A DNA stretch of 37,221 nucleotides from an uncultured Eubacteriales bacterium (GTDB lineage Bacteria > Bacillota > Clostridia > Christensenellales > DTU072), in NCBI GenBank assembly GCA_902766965.1, contig CACXFJ010000025.1:1-37221 (forward strand), in the 5' to 3' direction. Of this stretch, positions 17,751-27,294 are shown in pieces (the first letter of the stretch is position 1; each line of letters opens with the position of its first letter). The notes under the pieces were generated by a model. It was not told the origin of the DNA. It searched no databases and saw nothing but the letters and a program-made list of their open reading frames with translations. A program made the translations under genes and the position numbers.

Positions 17751-18997
17751 TCTCTCCGTACTTCCGCTCCCAACGAGCGAAACACCTCTTCGATTTTTTC
17801 GTATCCCCTGTCCACGTATCTTACGTCTTTTACTATCGTAGTGCCTTCGGCTTTAAGTCCCGCGAGTATCAGCGCGGCTCCGCCCCGTAAGTCCTGAGCG
17901 TAAACTTCCGTACCCGTAAGATAAGGCACGCCTTTAATTACCGCGGTTCTTCCGTTCGTTACGATATCCGCCCCCATCTTAATGAGTTCTCCCACGTGGC
18001 GATAACGGTTTTCAAAGATATTCTCCGTGAATATGCTCACTCCGTCGCTCACCGTCTGCAAAGCCATCATAGGCGCCTGCAAATCGGTCGGGAACCCGGG
18101 ATGCGGCTGAGTCGTAATTTTCGGCACCGAAACAGGTTTACCGTTTGATTTTATATATATTTTATCACCGTTACATATAATATTGCAAGAAGTTTTTGAC
18201 AATTTGGATAAAAGCGCCCGCATATCCTGATATCTCGCTCCGTCGAGAAGAACCGTCCCTCCCGTCATAGCCACCGCGATAGCGTACGTTCCTGCGGCGA
18301 TTCTGTCGGGCATTGCGTCGTAAAGAGTTCCGTGAAGAGTTTTTACGCCGTATATCTTTATTACCGACGTACCCGCTCCCGTCACCTTTGCTCCCATCTT
18401 TACGAGAAAATTTTGTAAATCGACTATTTCCGGCTCGCAAGCGGCGTTATGTACTACGGTGTTCCCTTTGCACAAGACGGAACTCAGTATTGCGTTTTCC
18501 GTAGCTCCCACGCTCGGATAATCGAGGCTTATTTCCGTGCTTTTGAAGTTTTCGGCGTTGCAGTAAATATAACCTTTGGATTCCTCAACCTCAACGTTGA
18601 GGTCGCGTAACGCTTTAATATGTATGTCGATAGGTCTTAATCCTATATCGCATCCGCCCGGATACGCCACTTTCGCTTTTTTACATCTCGACAAAACCGA
18701 CCCCAACAAAAAAATAGAACTTCGCAGTTCTTTTGCAAGACCGTTCGGAATTTCGTATCCGCATAAATTCGACGCGTCGATTACGGCGGTAGAGCCGTAT
18801 CTGTCCACTTTTACGCCGAGATTTTTCAATATCTTAATCATATTGTCCACGTCGGACAAATCGGGTACGTTGTTTATTACCACCTTGTCGTCGGTAAGGA
18901 TTGCCGCCGCAAACAGAGGCAAAATAGCGTTCTTCGCCCCTTGAATTTTTACTTCGCCGTAAAGTTTTTTTCCGCCGTTAATAACTAGTTTTTCCAT
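17747..18997 (-). CDS. murA: UDP-N-acetylglucosamine 1-carboxyvinyltransferase MurA
   Basis: 416 aa. MEKLVINGGKKLYGEVKIQGAKNAILPL N-terminus and the active-site loop YPGGCDIGLRPIDIH. GGGGG SD. Confidence 0.95.
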   Translation of the reverse strand: MEKLVINGGKKLYGEVKIQGAKNAILPLFAAAILTDDKVVINNVPDLSDVDNMIKILKNLGVKVDRYGSTAVIDASNLCGYEIPNGLAKELRSSIFLLGSVLSRCKKAKVAYPGGCDIGLRPIDIHIKALRDLNVEVEESKGYIYCNAENFKSTEISLDYPSVGATENAILSSVLCKGNTVVHNAACEPEIVDLQNFLVKMGAKVTGAGTSVIKIYGVKTLHGTLYDAMPDRIAAGTYAIAVAMTGGTVLLDGARYQDMRALLSKLSKTSCNIICNGDKIYIKSNGKPVSVPKITTQPHPGFPTDLQAPMMALQTVSDGVSIFTENIFENRYRHVGELIKMGADIVTNGRTAVIKGVPYLTGTEVYAQDLRGGAALILAGLKAEGTTIVKDVRYVDRGYEKIEEVFRSLGAEVRRE

Positions 18998-19063
18998 AAC
19001 ACCCCCGTACTTAGTGCGTCTTTTTCATTTCATAAAAATGTTGTCAATACATTCTATGACGTT

Positions 19064-20206
19064 CTACGCGGCTATGGTGCGTTGATTTATGCGAAATGCG
19101 TATGTAGACGCGTTACGGTTTTTGTCCGTCGACACGTTATACAAAACACCCGATACGAACATAAAAGTTACGAGCCCCGTTCCGCCCGCGCTTACGTACG
19201 GTAAAGGAACGCCGGTAGGCGGTATCATTCCCGTGACGACGGTCAGGTTTATGATAGTCTGCAAGGCAATGACCGTGGTCAAACCCGTGGCGAGAAGACA
19301 ACCGAACCTGTCATTTGCGTTCAAAGCGGCTCTCGCTCCGCAGATTACGAGCGTCGCGAAAACGATAATCACTACCACGCACCCCACGAGTCCGAGTTCC
19401 TCCCCTATCACCGAAAATATAAAATCGGATTCGGCAAACGGCAAAAACAAATATTTTTGTCTGCTTGCGAAAAGTCCCACGCCGAAAAGTCCGCCGTTGC
19501 CCAACGCGTAATAGGACTGTATGAGCTGATAACCTTCGTCTTTAGGGTTTTGCCACGGGTCGAGAAAAGCAAAAAAACGCTTTAATCTGTACGGTTCGAG
19601 TATTATAAGAAGGGGAACGGCTATCGCAAGCAAGCCCACCATTACCGCAAGCCATTTATTTTGCAACCCCGCTACGAATACGAGTATAATAAACGCCATT
19701 CCCACGCACATGGTTATGCTCATGTTCGGTTCGAGTATAATAAGAACGCAAATTATGCCGGCGCTCAAAGCGGGAATGATAAATCTTTTCAGATTAGTCG
19801 GCGGATAGTCCGTCATATAAGCGGCGAGAAAAATCATAAGACCGAATTTTGCAAGTTCCGACGGTTGAATTGTGATAAATCCAAAATTAAGCCATCTCGT
19901 CGCGCCGTAACTTTCCACTCCGAGTTTCGGAACGAATACCAAAGCGAGTAAAATTACCGACACGGCGAGAATAACCCATTTTATTCTTTTCAGAAAATCG
20001 ATATGTATCGTGCCGCCTATTATCATAAAAACTATTCCCGCGGCGAAAGCTATACTTTGTTTTTTTACGTAATAAAAAGCGTCGCCGAATTGTTTTTCCG
20101 CCGAATACGAACTTGCCGAATAAATCATAATTATCCCCGTCAATGCAAGGATAATCGTGGAAATTATTATAAGATGACTTTCTTTTATTCTAAACTTTGA
20201 TGGCAT
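19064..20206 (-). CDS. ftsW: SEDS-family peptidoglycan polymerase FtsW/SpoVE
   Basis: 380 aa polytopic membrane protein with FtsW/RodA/SpoVE motifs (RWLNFGFITIQPSELAK, SDFIFSVIGEELG, PLPYVSAGGT). Sits in the dcw position after murD. Its 5' end overlaps the murD 3' end by 17 nt. Confidence 0.88.
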   Translation of the reverse strand: MPSKFRIKESHLIIISTIILALTGIIMIYSASSYSAEKQFGDAFYYVKKQSIAFAAGIVFMIIGGTIHIDFLKRIKWVILAVSVILLALVFVPKLGVESYGATRWLNFGFITIQPSELAKFGLMIFLAAYMTDYPPTNLKRFIIPALSAGIICVLIILEPNMSITMCVGMAFIILVFVAGLQNKWLAVMVGLLAIAVPLLIILEPYRLKRFFAFLDPWQNPKDEGYQLIQSYYALGNGGLFGVGLFASRQKYLFLPFAESDFIFSVIGEELGLVGCVVVIIVFATLVICGARAALNANDRFGCLLATGLTTVIALQTIINLTVVTGMIPPTGVPLPYVSAGGTGLVTFMFVSGVLYNVSTDKNRNASTYAFRINQRTIAA

Positions 20207-21500
20207 AGACGATTTCCTTAAACTTCTCTCCCCGCTCGGCGTAACTTCTGAACCTGTCGAAACTTGCGCAGCACGGACTTAACAAAACGTTCTCAACGAG
20301 AGGATTTTCACTCAGTTTCTGCACGCACGTAGCTAAGTCCGGATAGATATTCGCGTCGCAAAAACCCATTTTTTGAGCGGAATTATAGATTTTTTCCGCG
20401 TTTGCTCCCGTAATAGCAACGCATACTACCTTATCGTCTATGTTCTCGAAAAAATCGCAAAAATCTTCGTTTTTGTCGCTACCGCCCATAATAAGTCCTA
20501 TTTTTCCGTCAAGACTCGATATGGCGTATCTGCAAGCGTGGATATTCGTGCCTTTGGAATCGTTGTAATAATTTTTTCCGTTTATCGTGGTGACGTATTC
20601 GATTCTGTTGGGTAAAAGCGAATATTCTCTGACGAGTTTCGCCATGTGTTCTTTTCTCGCGCCGCACAAAAATCCCACGTTCATGGCGACAAGAAGATTA
20701 AACTTATTGTGTTCTCCCCTTAATCGGCAATCCTTGACGTGACATACCGACGAGTCGTCGAGCATAAAAAAATTGTCCTTTATATATGCGTCGGATACTC
20801 TCGTTCTCGTGCTGACGGGTATAGGGTTGGCGTTAGTGTTTTTCAGAAAACTTCTTACCGCTCCGTCATCGTTGTTGTAGACGAAGTAGTCGTTTTTCGT
20901 CTGATTTTTCAAAATATTACGCTTAGTATCAACGTAGTCGCGGTAATCGTCGTAGCGGTCGAGATGGTCGGGCGCAAGGTTAAGAACGACGGCTATATCG
21001 GCTTTAAGTTTGTCCGTATGTTCCAACTGAAAGCTGCTTACTTCGATGACGGCGTAATCGAGTTTCGTTCCGTCGAGCGCTACCTGCGACACGGGATAAC
21101 CTATATTCCCCATCGTTTTCGTTTTGAACCCGACGCAAGTAAGTAATTTATCTATCATCGTTACGCTCGTGGTTTTTCCGTTCGTACCCGTGACCATAAT
21201 CTTTTTACAGTCCAAAAACGAACAGCCTATTTCGAGTTCCGAATATATTTTTATGCCTTTTTCTTTACAAATACCGATGATTTTATGATATTTCGAGATG
21301 GACGGACTGACTACGACAAAATCGGTTTCGTCAAAATTAACGTCGTCTACGCTATGTACGCATAAAAAACCCGTTATGTTTACGCTTACGTTATCGTCGT
21401 AGCACGTCACAGTCGCTCCTTCTCGCATAAGCAAATACGTTACGCTTATTCCGCTTGCTTGCATTCCTGCCACCAAAACTCTTTTTCCTGCACACTTCAT
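20190..21500 (-). CDS. murD: UDP-N-acetylmuramoyl-L-alanine--D-glutamate ligase MurD
   Basis: 436 aa. Mur ligase P-loop VTGTNGKTTSV and the dcw position between mraY and ftsW. GGAGGGG SD. Confidence 0.9.
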   Translation of the reverse strand: MKCAGKRVLVAGMQASGISVTYLLMREGATVTCYDDNVSVNITGFLCVHSVDDVNFDETDFVVVSPSISKYHKIIGICKEKGIKIYSELEIGCSFLDCKKIMVTGTNGKTTSVTMIDKLLTCVGFKTKTMGNIGYPVSQVALDGTKLDYAVIEVSSFQLEHTDKLKADIAVVLNLAPDHLDRYDDYRDYVDTKRNILKNQTKNDYFVYNNDDGAVRSFLKNTNANPIPVSTRTRVSDAYIKDNFFMLDDSSVCHVKDCRLRGEHNKFNLLVAMNVGFLCGARKEHMAKLVREYSLLPNRIEYVTTINGKNYYNDSKGTNIHACRYAISSLDGKIGLIMGGSDKNEDFCDFFENIDDKVVCVAITGANAEKIYNSAQKMGFCDANIYPDLATCVQKLSENPLVENVLLSPCCASFDRFRSYAERGEKFKEIVYAIKV

Positions 21501-21512
21501 TTTCCCCTCCGC

Positions 21513-22505
21513 TCAAATTATTAGTAAGGTAACCGCTCCCGCCACGACGGTAATTACGGAATATAACGAAACTATTTTACTTTCGTTAAGTCCTTTCATT
21601 TCGAGATGATGGTGTAAAGGCGCCATCAAAAAAACTCTCTTCTTCCGCAGTTTGAAACTTATTACCTGTATTATTACTGATATGCCGCTCATAACGAACA
21701 TTATTCCGATAGTCGCGATAATTAACGGATTTTTTATAAACACGGCTACCGACGCTACCGCTCCGCCCAATGCAAGCGAACCCGTGTCGCCCATAAAAAT
21801 TTTCGCTTTGTGCGAGTTAAAGACCAAAAACGCCGCTATTCCGCCCGCTAACGCCGCTACAAAGACCAAAAGATTATACGTTTCCTGCTCGTAAAGAGTT
21901 TTTCCCGCGTCCACGCTTTCAAGGTATATGCCCGCGATTATTACGAATACTACGCTTAAATACAATACGACGGTGCTTCCGGCAAGACCGTCGAGTCCGT
22001 CGGTAAGGTTTACGCAGTTGGTAGCGGCGATATACGCGATTATCGTAAACGGAATATAAAACCAACCCGTTTCGATGTATTGCTTGATAACGGGAATATA
22101 TATTTGCGAACCGACGTAACCGTTTTTATAAGCGAATACCGTCGCGAGTACGGCGATAACTAACTGCGAAATTATTTTCTGATAGGCTTTAAGACCGAGA
22201 TTACGTTTGAAAATTACTTTAATCGCGTCGTCCAAGCCGCCTATAAGACCGTACGCAAGCGTCACCGCCAAAGCGACGAACGACAATCTGTTTTGCCCCC
22301 TTGCGAACACGAAGTAAAAAATAACCGCAGGTACGAGAAAAATTATTCCCCCCATCGTGGGAATACCCTCTTTATCTTTATGTTGAGAAACGTAAGTCAG
22401 TATCGTTTGTCTTGCTTTCAGCTTTTTTATAAGATAAATTACGGGCGGCGCAATAATTACGCCGACGGCAAACGAACACAAAAAAACGTAGATAAACGCC
22501 GTCAC
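21513..22505 (-). CDS. mraY: phospho-N-acetylmuramoyl-pentapeptide transferase MraY
   Basis: 330 aa. PTMGGIIF, NLTDGLDGLA, FMGDTGSLALGG, PLHHHLE. GTG start at 22505-22503 overlaps the murE stop (GTGA). Confidence 0.95.
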   Translation of the reverse strand: MTAFIYVFLCSFAVGVIIAPPVIYLIKKLKARQTILTYVSQHKDKEGIPTMGGIIFLVPAVIFYFVFARGQNRLSFVALAVTLAYGLIGGLDDAIKVIFKRNLGLKAYQKIISQLVIAVLATVFAYKNGYVGSQIYIPVIKQYIETGWFYIPFTIIAYIAATNCVNLTDGLDGLAGSTVVLYLSVVFVIIAGIYLESVDAGKTLYEQETYNLLVFVAALAGGIAAFLVFNSHKAKIFMGDTGSLALGGAVASVAVFIKNPLIIATIGIMFVMSGISVIIQVISFKLRKKRVFLMAPLHHHLEMKGLNESKIVSLYSVITVVAGAVTLLII

Positions 22506-23923
22506 TTACTTCTCCCCAAAAGCTCTTCGCAAATTTTCTTATCCGAAAAAGGTATTACACCCGCCGCCGTTTCCATATATTCTTCCGCGCCTTTGCCCGC
22601 AATGAGGACGGTATCGCCTTGCCCGGCTATATCCACGGCGAATTTAATAGCTTCGTACCTATCGGATACGGTAATATAATTTTTGCCGATTTTTTCTAAT
22701 CCTAACACGATTTCGTCAATAATTTTTTCGGGATTTTCGCTTCTCGGATTATCGCTCGTAATTATCGAAAAATCGCTTAAAGTGGCGGCGATTTCGCCCA
22801 TTGCGGGTCGTTTTTGTCTGTCTCTGTCACCGCCGCAACCGAACACGACGTAAAGTTTTTTCGGCGTGATTTTTCTCGCCGCGACAAGGACGCTCTTCAG
22901 TCCGTCGGGAGTATGCGCGTAGTCTATAATGACGGTAGTTTTTCCGTACAGGACGTTAAATCTTCCGTCTATGACGGGCATAACGGATAAAGCGGAGGAT
23001 ATTTTCCCTACGCTTACCCCTATGTCCGCACAAACGCTTACAGCCGCAAGCAAATTGTAAAGGTTAAATTCTCCGCTCAACGGCGTGACTACCGACACTA
23101 ACTTATCGGCGGCGTTTATTACGCAACTTATTCCCGTATCGGTCTTTACGTTCACGGCGAATACGTCGGCGGGATTTTTAAGTCCGTAACTTAACGTTCT
23201 TCCTTGTCTTTCCGAAATTATCTCGAAGCCCGTCTTATCGTCCACGTTTATTACCGCCGTTCCGACGTTATCGGTCGTAAAAACCCTCTTTTTTACCGAT
23301 ATGTAATTTTCCATCGTTCCGAAAAAGTCGAGATGGTCTTCGGTTGCGTTAGTAAAAACGCAGTAGTCGAAAACAATATTGTCGAGTTTTTTATAGTAAA
23401 TCGCATGCGCGCTGAGTTCTAAAATAACGTAATCTACTTTACGCCTTTTCGCTTCGTCGAGCAGCTTAAAAAACACGTCCGAATCGGGCGTAGTCATTCC
23501 CGTGGAATACGTTACTCCGTCTATACACGCTCCGAGCGTACCGATATTAGCCGTCTTAAAACCCGAACAGCTCAATATATGGTCGATAATTTTTACCGTA
23601 CTCGTTTTGCCGTTAGTACCCGTGACCGCGATAAATTTAAGAGACTTTTCCGGATTGCCGTAAAATTCGGAAAGATATTGACAAAACGCCCGTCTTGCCG
23701 ACTTAACGCAGATACACGGAAAATTTTCCGAATACTCTTCACAGACAATCGCGTCGGCACCGCTTTTTATTGCGTCGTCGACGTATTTTCCGCCGTTAAA
23801 GTCGAAAAAAAGATATTTTTCCGACACTCTTCTACTGTCGTACGTTCCGCAAATAAAACGTTCTTCGCCCGTTAAATTCGTCCTTACCACTTCGATTTTA
23901 CTCAATAGATCAGCCGCTTTCAT
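22502..23923 (-). CDS. murE: UDP-N-acetylmuramoyl-L-alanyl-D-glutamate--2,6-diaminopimelate ligase MurE
   Basis: VTGTNGKTSTV P-loop. The DNPRSE motif is typical of meso-DAP-adding MurE. I prefer the ATG at 23923-23921 (MKAADLL...). The track start is a GTG two codons upstream at 23929, immediately after the PBP stop. Confidence 0.9.
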   Translation of the reverse strand: MKAADLLSKIEVVRTNLTGEERFICGTYDSRRVSEKYLFFDFNGGKYVDDAIKSGADAIVCEEYSENFPCICVKSARRAFCQYLSEFYGNPEKSLKFIAVTGTNGKTSTVKIIDHILSCSGFKTANIGTLGACIDGVTYSTGMTTPDSDVFFKLLDEAKRRKVDYVILELSAHAIYYKKLDNIVFDYCVFTNATEDHLDFFGTMENYISVKKRVFTTDNVGTAVINVDDKTGFEIISERQGRTLSYGLKNPADVFAVNVKTDTGISCVINAADKLVSVVTPLSGEFNLYNLLAAVSVCADIGVSVGKISSALSVMPVIDGRFNVLYGKTTVIIDYAHTPDGLKSVLVAARKITPKKLYVVFGCGGDRDRQKRPAMGEIAATLSDFSIITSDNPRSENPEKIIDEIVLGLEKIGKNYITVSDRYEAIKFAVDIAGQGDTVLIAGKGAEEYMETAAGVIPFSDKKICEELLGRSK

Positions 23924-23929
23924 TTCCAC

Positions 23930-25909
23930 CTACGCAACTTCGATAACCACAATATTGTCCTCGGTAACGTAACTTCCGGAAACGGGAATTTGCTTGACTA
24001 CCTTAGCTCCTTCCGTCCATTCTCCGCTCATCTCGTAGTACATATTAAGTTTTTTCAGTTGCGCGACGGCTTCCGTCACGGTTAAACCTGTAACGTCGGG
24101 CATAGTAAATTTTTCTTTTTCGACGTAATCGGACGGTTTCCAACCCCTGTAATCGAAAATTTGCGAAAATATCTTTCCTGCGTACGGGGCGGCTACGATG
24201 CTTCCGTAATACGCGCCCGTCTTAGGTTCGTCTACTATAAACAGCAATATATATTCGGGGTCGTCCGCGGGAGCGAAACCGAGAAAAGTAGATACGTACA
24301 TTCCTCTCGCAATTATTCCGTCTTTATATTTTTGCGCCGTTCCCGTCTTGCCGCCTATTCTGTATCCGTCCACTTTGGCGTTTTTGCCGCCGCCTACAGA
24401 TACGACGCTTTCGAGAATTTCTCGCATTGTTGCGCTCGTACTCTCGCTTATAGTTCTTCTTCGTACTTCCGGATAGTTTTGTAATATGGTTTTTCCCGAA
24501 GTATCCGCGACTTTATCGAGTATATAAGGTCGCATAAGATTACCGCCGTTTACTACCGACGCGCACGCGGTAATTAGTTCGAGCGGAGTCAAAGCTATTG
24601 CCTGACCAAAACCCATTCTCGCCAAATCGACGTTCTTTACCGAGTTTTTGTCTATCGTTAATCCGCTCGCTTCGCCGCTTATATCTATTCCCGTGACCGT
24701 AGTCACTCCGAACGCGTCGAGTCCTTCGTAGTATTTTTCCGCCCCTATCCGCAACGCTACGTCCATAAAAAGACAGTTGCAGGAGTTTTGCACCCCTTGC
24801 GTAAAGGTCTCGCTGCCGTGCCCTATCGTCTTCCAACAGCGAATTTTTTTGCCGTCAACCATTCTGTACCCGGGGCAATATAAGTTGTAGGAGGTGCTTA
24901 TAGCGTTATTTTCCAACCCCATTGCCGCAGTCAGTATTTTGAAAGTAGAACCCGGCTCGTAAACGTTGCTTACCAAAGTCGATTTACTGTTCTTGAACAA
25001 GGTTATTACGTCGTTTCTCGGTATATCGTTTAAGTCGTAGGACGGTCTTTGCGCCATGGCGAGAACTTCTCCCGTCTTCGCGTTCATTACGATACAGCTT
25101 GCGTTAGTTGCGTTATGCGTACTAAACGCCTCGCTTACCGCGTTTTCAACGAAACTTTGCACGGCGTAATCGAGAGTAAGATAAACGGTGTTGCCTTTTT
25201 CTCCCTCTATATATCGCGTGACCGAACCTTCGATTTCCCTTCCTACAAGGTCGGTTTCGGTAAGCGCGTAACCGTCCTTACCTTTAAGGTATTTATCGTA
25301 GTACGCTTCCACCCCCGACTGTCCCGTGCCGTCCACGTTGGTAAACCCCAAAACCTGCGTCATAAAATCGCCGTAAATATACTTTCTGTCTATATTTTGC
25401 GAAAAATAAACGCCGCTGACGTCGGAATCGATAATTTGTTCCATTTGCGACTTCGTTACCTTTTTCGCTACGGTGATTTCGCTTACTTTCGTGTTTAATT
25501 TTTCAAGGAGCTTTTCGCTGTTTATTCCTATTACGTTGCCTAATACCGAAGCGGTATATTCCTTATTCTTTACCGAAACGGGACGGGCATAAACCGTGTA
25601 CAAAGCGGCTGTGTCGGCAAGTAGTTTGCCGTTTCTGTCCACGATATCGCCCCTTTCGCCCGTGACGGGAACGTCTCTCGTCCACTGATCGAGAGCTTTT
25701 ACGGATAATCTTTTTCCGTCGATTACCTGAACGTAAACGAGTCTTGCGATAACTGCGACAAATAAAAAGGTTACTAACACCGTAATCGTCAGTAACCTTT
25801 TCCTTAGTCTGTAACGTGAATATTCTATTGTCTGTTCGTCCTCACTATTTATTAAGCGAGTCGCACAACTTGTCGAACCAATTCGTTTCTTCGGATTTTT
25901 CGTCCTCAA
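23930..25909 (-). CDS. class B penicillin-binding protein (SpoVD/PBP2B/FtsI type) with one C-terminal PASTA domain
   Basis: 659 aa. TM anchor RLRKRLLTITVLVTFLFVAVIARLVYVQ. Transpeptidase motifs STFK (EPGSTFKIL) and KTGT (GGKTGTAQ). PASTA segment MPDVTGLTVTEAVAQLKKL. The track start is TTG (25909-25907) and overlaps the upstream ORF by 65 nt, so the true start is uncertain. Confidence 0.88.
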   Translation of the reverse strand: MRTKNPKKRIGSTSCATRLINSEDEQTIEYSRYRLRKRLLTITVLVTFLFVAVIARLVYVQVIDGKRLSVKALDQWTRDVPVTGERGDIVDRNGKLLADTAALYTVYARPVSVKNKEYTASVLGNVIGINSEKLLEKLNTKVSEITVAKKVTKSQMEQIIDSDVSGVYFSQNIDRKYIYGDFMTQVLGFTNVDGTGQSGVEAYYDKYLKGKDGYALTETDLVGREIEGSVTRYIEGEKGNTVYLTLDYAVQSFVENAVSEAFSTHNATNASCIVMNAKTGEVLAMAQRPSYDLNDIPRNDVITLFKNSKSTLVSNVYEPGSTFKILTAAMGLENNAISTSYNLYCPGYRMVDGKKIRCWKTIGHGSETFTQGVQNSCNCLFMDVALRIGAEKYYEGLDAFGVTTVTGIDISGEASGLTIDKNSVKNVDLARMGFGQAIALTPLELITACASVVNGGNLMRPYILDKVADTSGKTILQNYPEVRRRTISESTSATMREILESVVSVGGGKNAKVDGYRIGGKTGTAQKYKDGIIARGMYVSTFLGFAPADDPEYILLFIVDEPKTGAYYGSIVAAPYAGKIFSQIFDYRGWKPSDYVEKEKFTMPDVTGLTVTEAVAQLKKLNMYYEMSGEWTEGAKVVKQIPVSGSYVTEDNIVVIEVA

Positions 25910-26354
25910 CCGTCATCGCTCTTACCGTAGTGCCGTCGGCGGCGTTATCGTCGGACGAAGCGGCTCCCGCGCTTTGATTAAAAGAAATTCCGTCGAACAT
26001 ATTCGACTTTGCGGTCGTGTTGCTCACTATTAAAATAGATGCGAGAGCAATCATTAAAATTACATAAACTATCAAAATTATTTTTCCACCCTTGCGAAGT
26101 TTGAAACGGCTGTTCTTTTCTTCCTTTTCGGGAGCGTACGCAACCGTTACGCCGCCGTTGCCGCGTTTCATTTCGTAGTACTCTTCTTCTCTCATGACTT
26201 TATTTCGAGAAGGGGTGGTTCTTCTCAATTCGTTTATCAAATAGTTCTCGTAATCGTTGTCTATGCTACCGTTATTGGCATTTTTATCAGAGTTAGTACG
26301 GTCAGAATTCTTTCTGGCTAAAACGTATTTATCGTAGTTTGTCAAGTTTTTCAT
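25845..26354 (-). CDS. bitopic membrane protein in the FtsL slot of the dcw cluster (no recognisable FtsL similarity)
   Basis: 169 aa. ATG at 26354 follows AGGAGG. It has a ~95-aa charged low-complexity cytoplasmic part, one TM helix (IILIVYVILMIALASILIV) and a ~55-aa acidic/Ser-rich ectodomain. Confidence 0.6.
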   Translation of the reverse strand: MKNLTNYDKYVLARKNSDRTNSDKNANNGSIDNDYENYLINELRRTTPSRNKVMREEEYYEMKRGNGGVTVAYAPEKEEKNSRFKLRKGGKIILIVYVILMIALASILIVSNTTAKSNMFDGISFNQSAGAASSDDNAADGTTVRAMTVEDEKSEETNWFDKLCDSLNK

Positions 26355-26363
26355 TTCGTCCTC

Positions 26364-27293
26364 CTATACTCTTTCTATAATTCTTAATTTTGCGCTTTCC
26401 GCTCTTTTGTTTACTTCCTTTTCCTTTTCTCCGAGAATCGGTTTCTTCGTGATTATTATCGCTTCTCTTCGTTTGTTGCACACGCACACGGGTAATTTCT
26501 TATCGCATACGCAGTCTTTTTCAAGTTCTATAAACGCGTGTTTTACTATCCTGTCTTCCAACGAGTGGAACGTAATCACGCACATCCTGCCGCCTTTTTT
26601 GAGCCTTAACGCCAGGTCGTAGATAAAATCCTGTAATCCTGCAAGCTCGTTGTTTACCTCTATTCTTATCGCCTGAAAGGTTTTTTTAGCGGGATTACCA
26701 TGTTTGTACCTTTCTTTCGGCGGATAGGACTTCGATACGAGTTCGGCGAGTTCCGACGTGGTTTTTATCGGTTCTTTCTCCCTTGCCGCGATTATGTTTC
26801 TTACGATATTGCGGGCGTTGCTTTCTTCACCGTATTCGTAAAGAACTCTTAAAAGTTCTTTTTCCGAATATTTATTCACTACGTCGTACGCCGATAAACT
26901 TTGTTCTCTGTCCATTCTCATATCGAGCGGAGCGTCTTTTACGTAAGAAAAACCTCTTTCCGCCGTATCTATCTGGTAAGAGCTGACTCCGAGGTCAAGC
27001 AATATCCCGTCCAAATCTTTAATCTGCAAATCATCTAAATGAGCAATTATGTTTTTGTAATCGTCATGAACGTAGGTGATTTTATCGGCGTAATCGCTAA
27101 GTTTATCTTTCGCGTTTTCTATGGCGTCGGCGTCTTTATCGTTGGCGATAAGTCGACCGGTAGTTAGTCTTTCAAGTATCCCGCGGGTATGTCCGCCCCC
27201 GCCCAGCGTGCCGTCGAGATATATTCCGTCCGGCTTTATCGATAACCCGTCCATCACTTCGTCGTACAGTACGGGAACGTGAAAATACTCCAT
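26364..27293 (-). CDS. rsmH: 16S rRNA (cytosine1402-N4)-methyltransferase RsmH (MraW)
   Basis: 309 aa. HVPVLYDEV, SAM motif DGTLGGGGH, DLGVSSYQID, FHSLEDRIVK. Confidence 0.96.
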   Translation of the reverse strand: MEYFHVPVLYDEVMDGLSIKPDGIYLDGTLGGGGHTRGILERLTTGRLIANDKDADAIENAKDKLSDYADKITYVHDDYKNIIAHLDDLQIKDLDGILLDLGVSSYQIDTAERGFSYVKDAPLDMRMDREQSLSAYDVVNKYSEKELLRVLYEYGEESNARNIVRNIIAAREKEPIKTTSELAELVSKSYPPKERYKHGNPAKKTFQAIRIEVNNELAGLQDFIYDLALRLKKGGRMCVITFHSLEDRIVKHAFIELEKDCVCDKKLPVCVCNKRREAIIITKKPILGEKEKEVNKRAESAKLRIIERV

Positions 27294-27294
27294 C

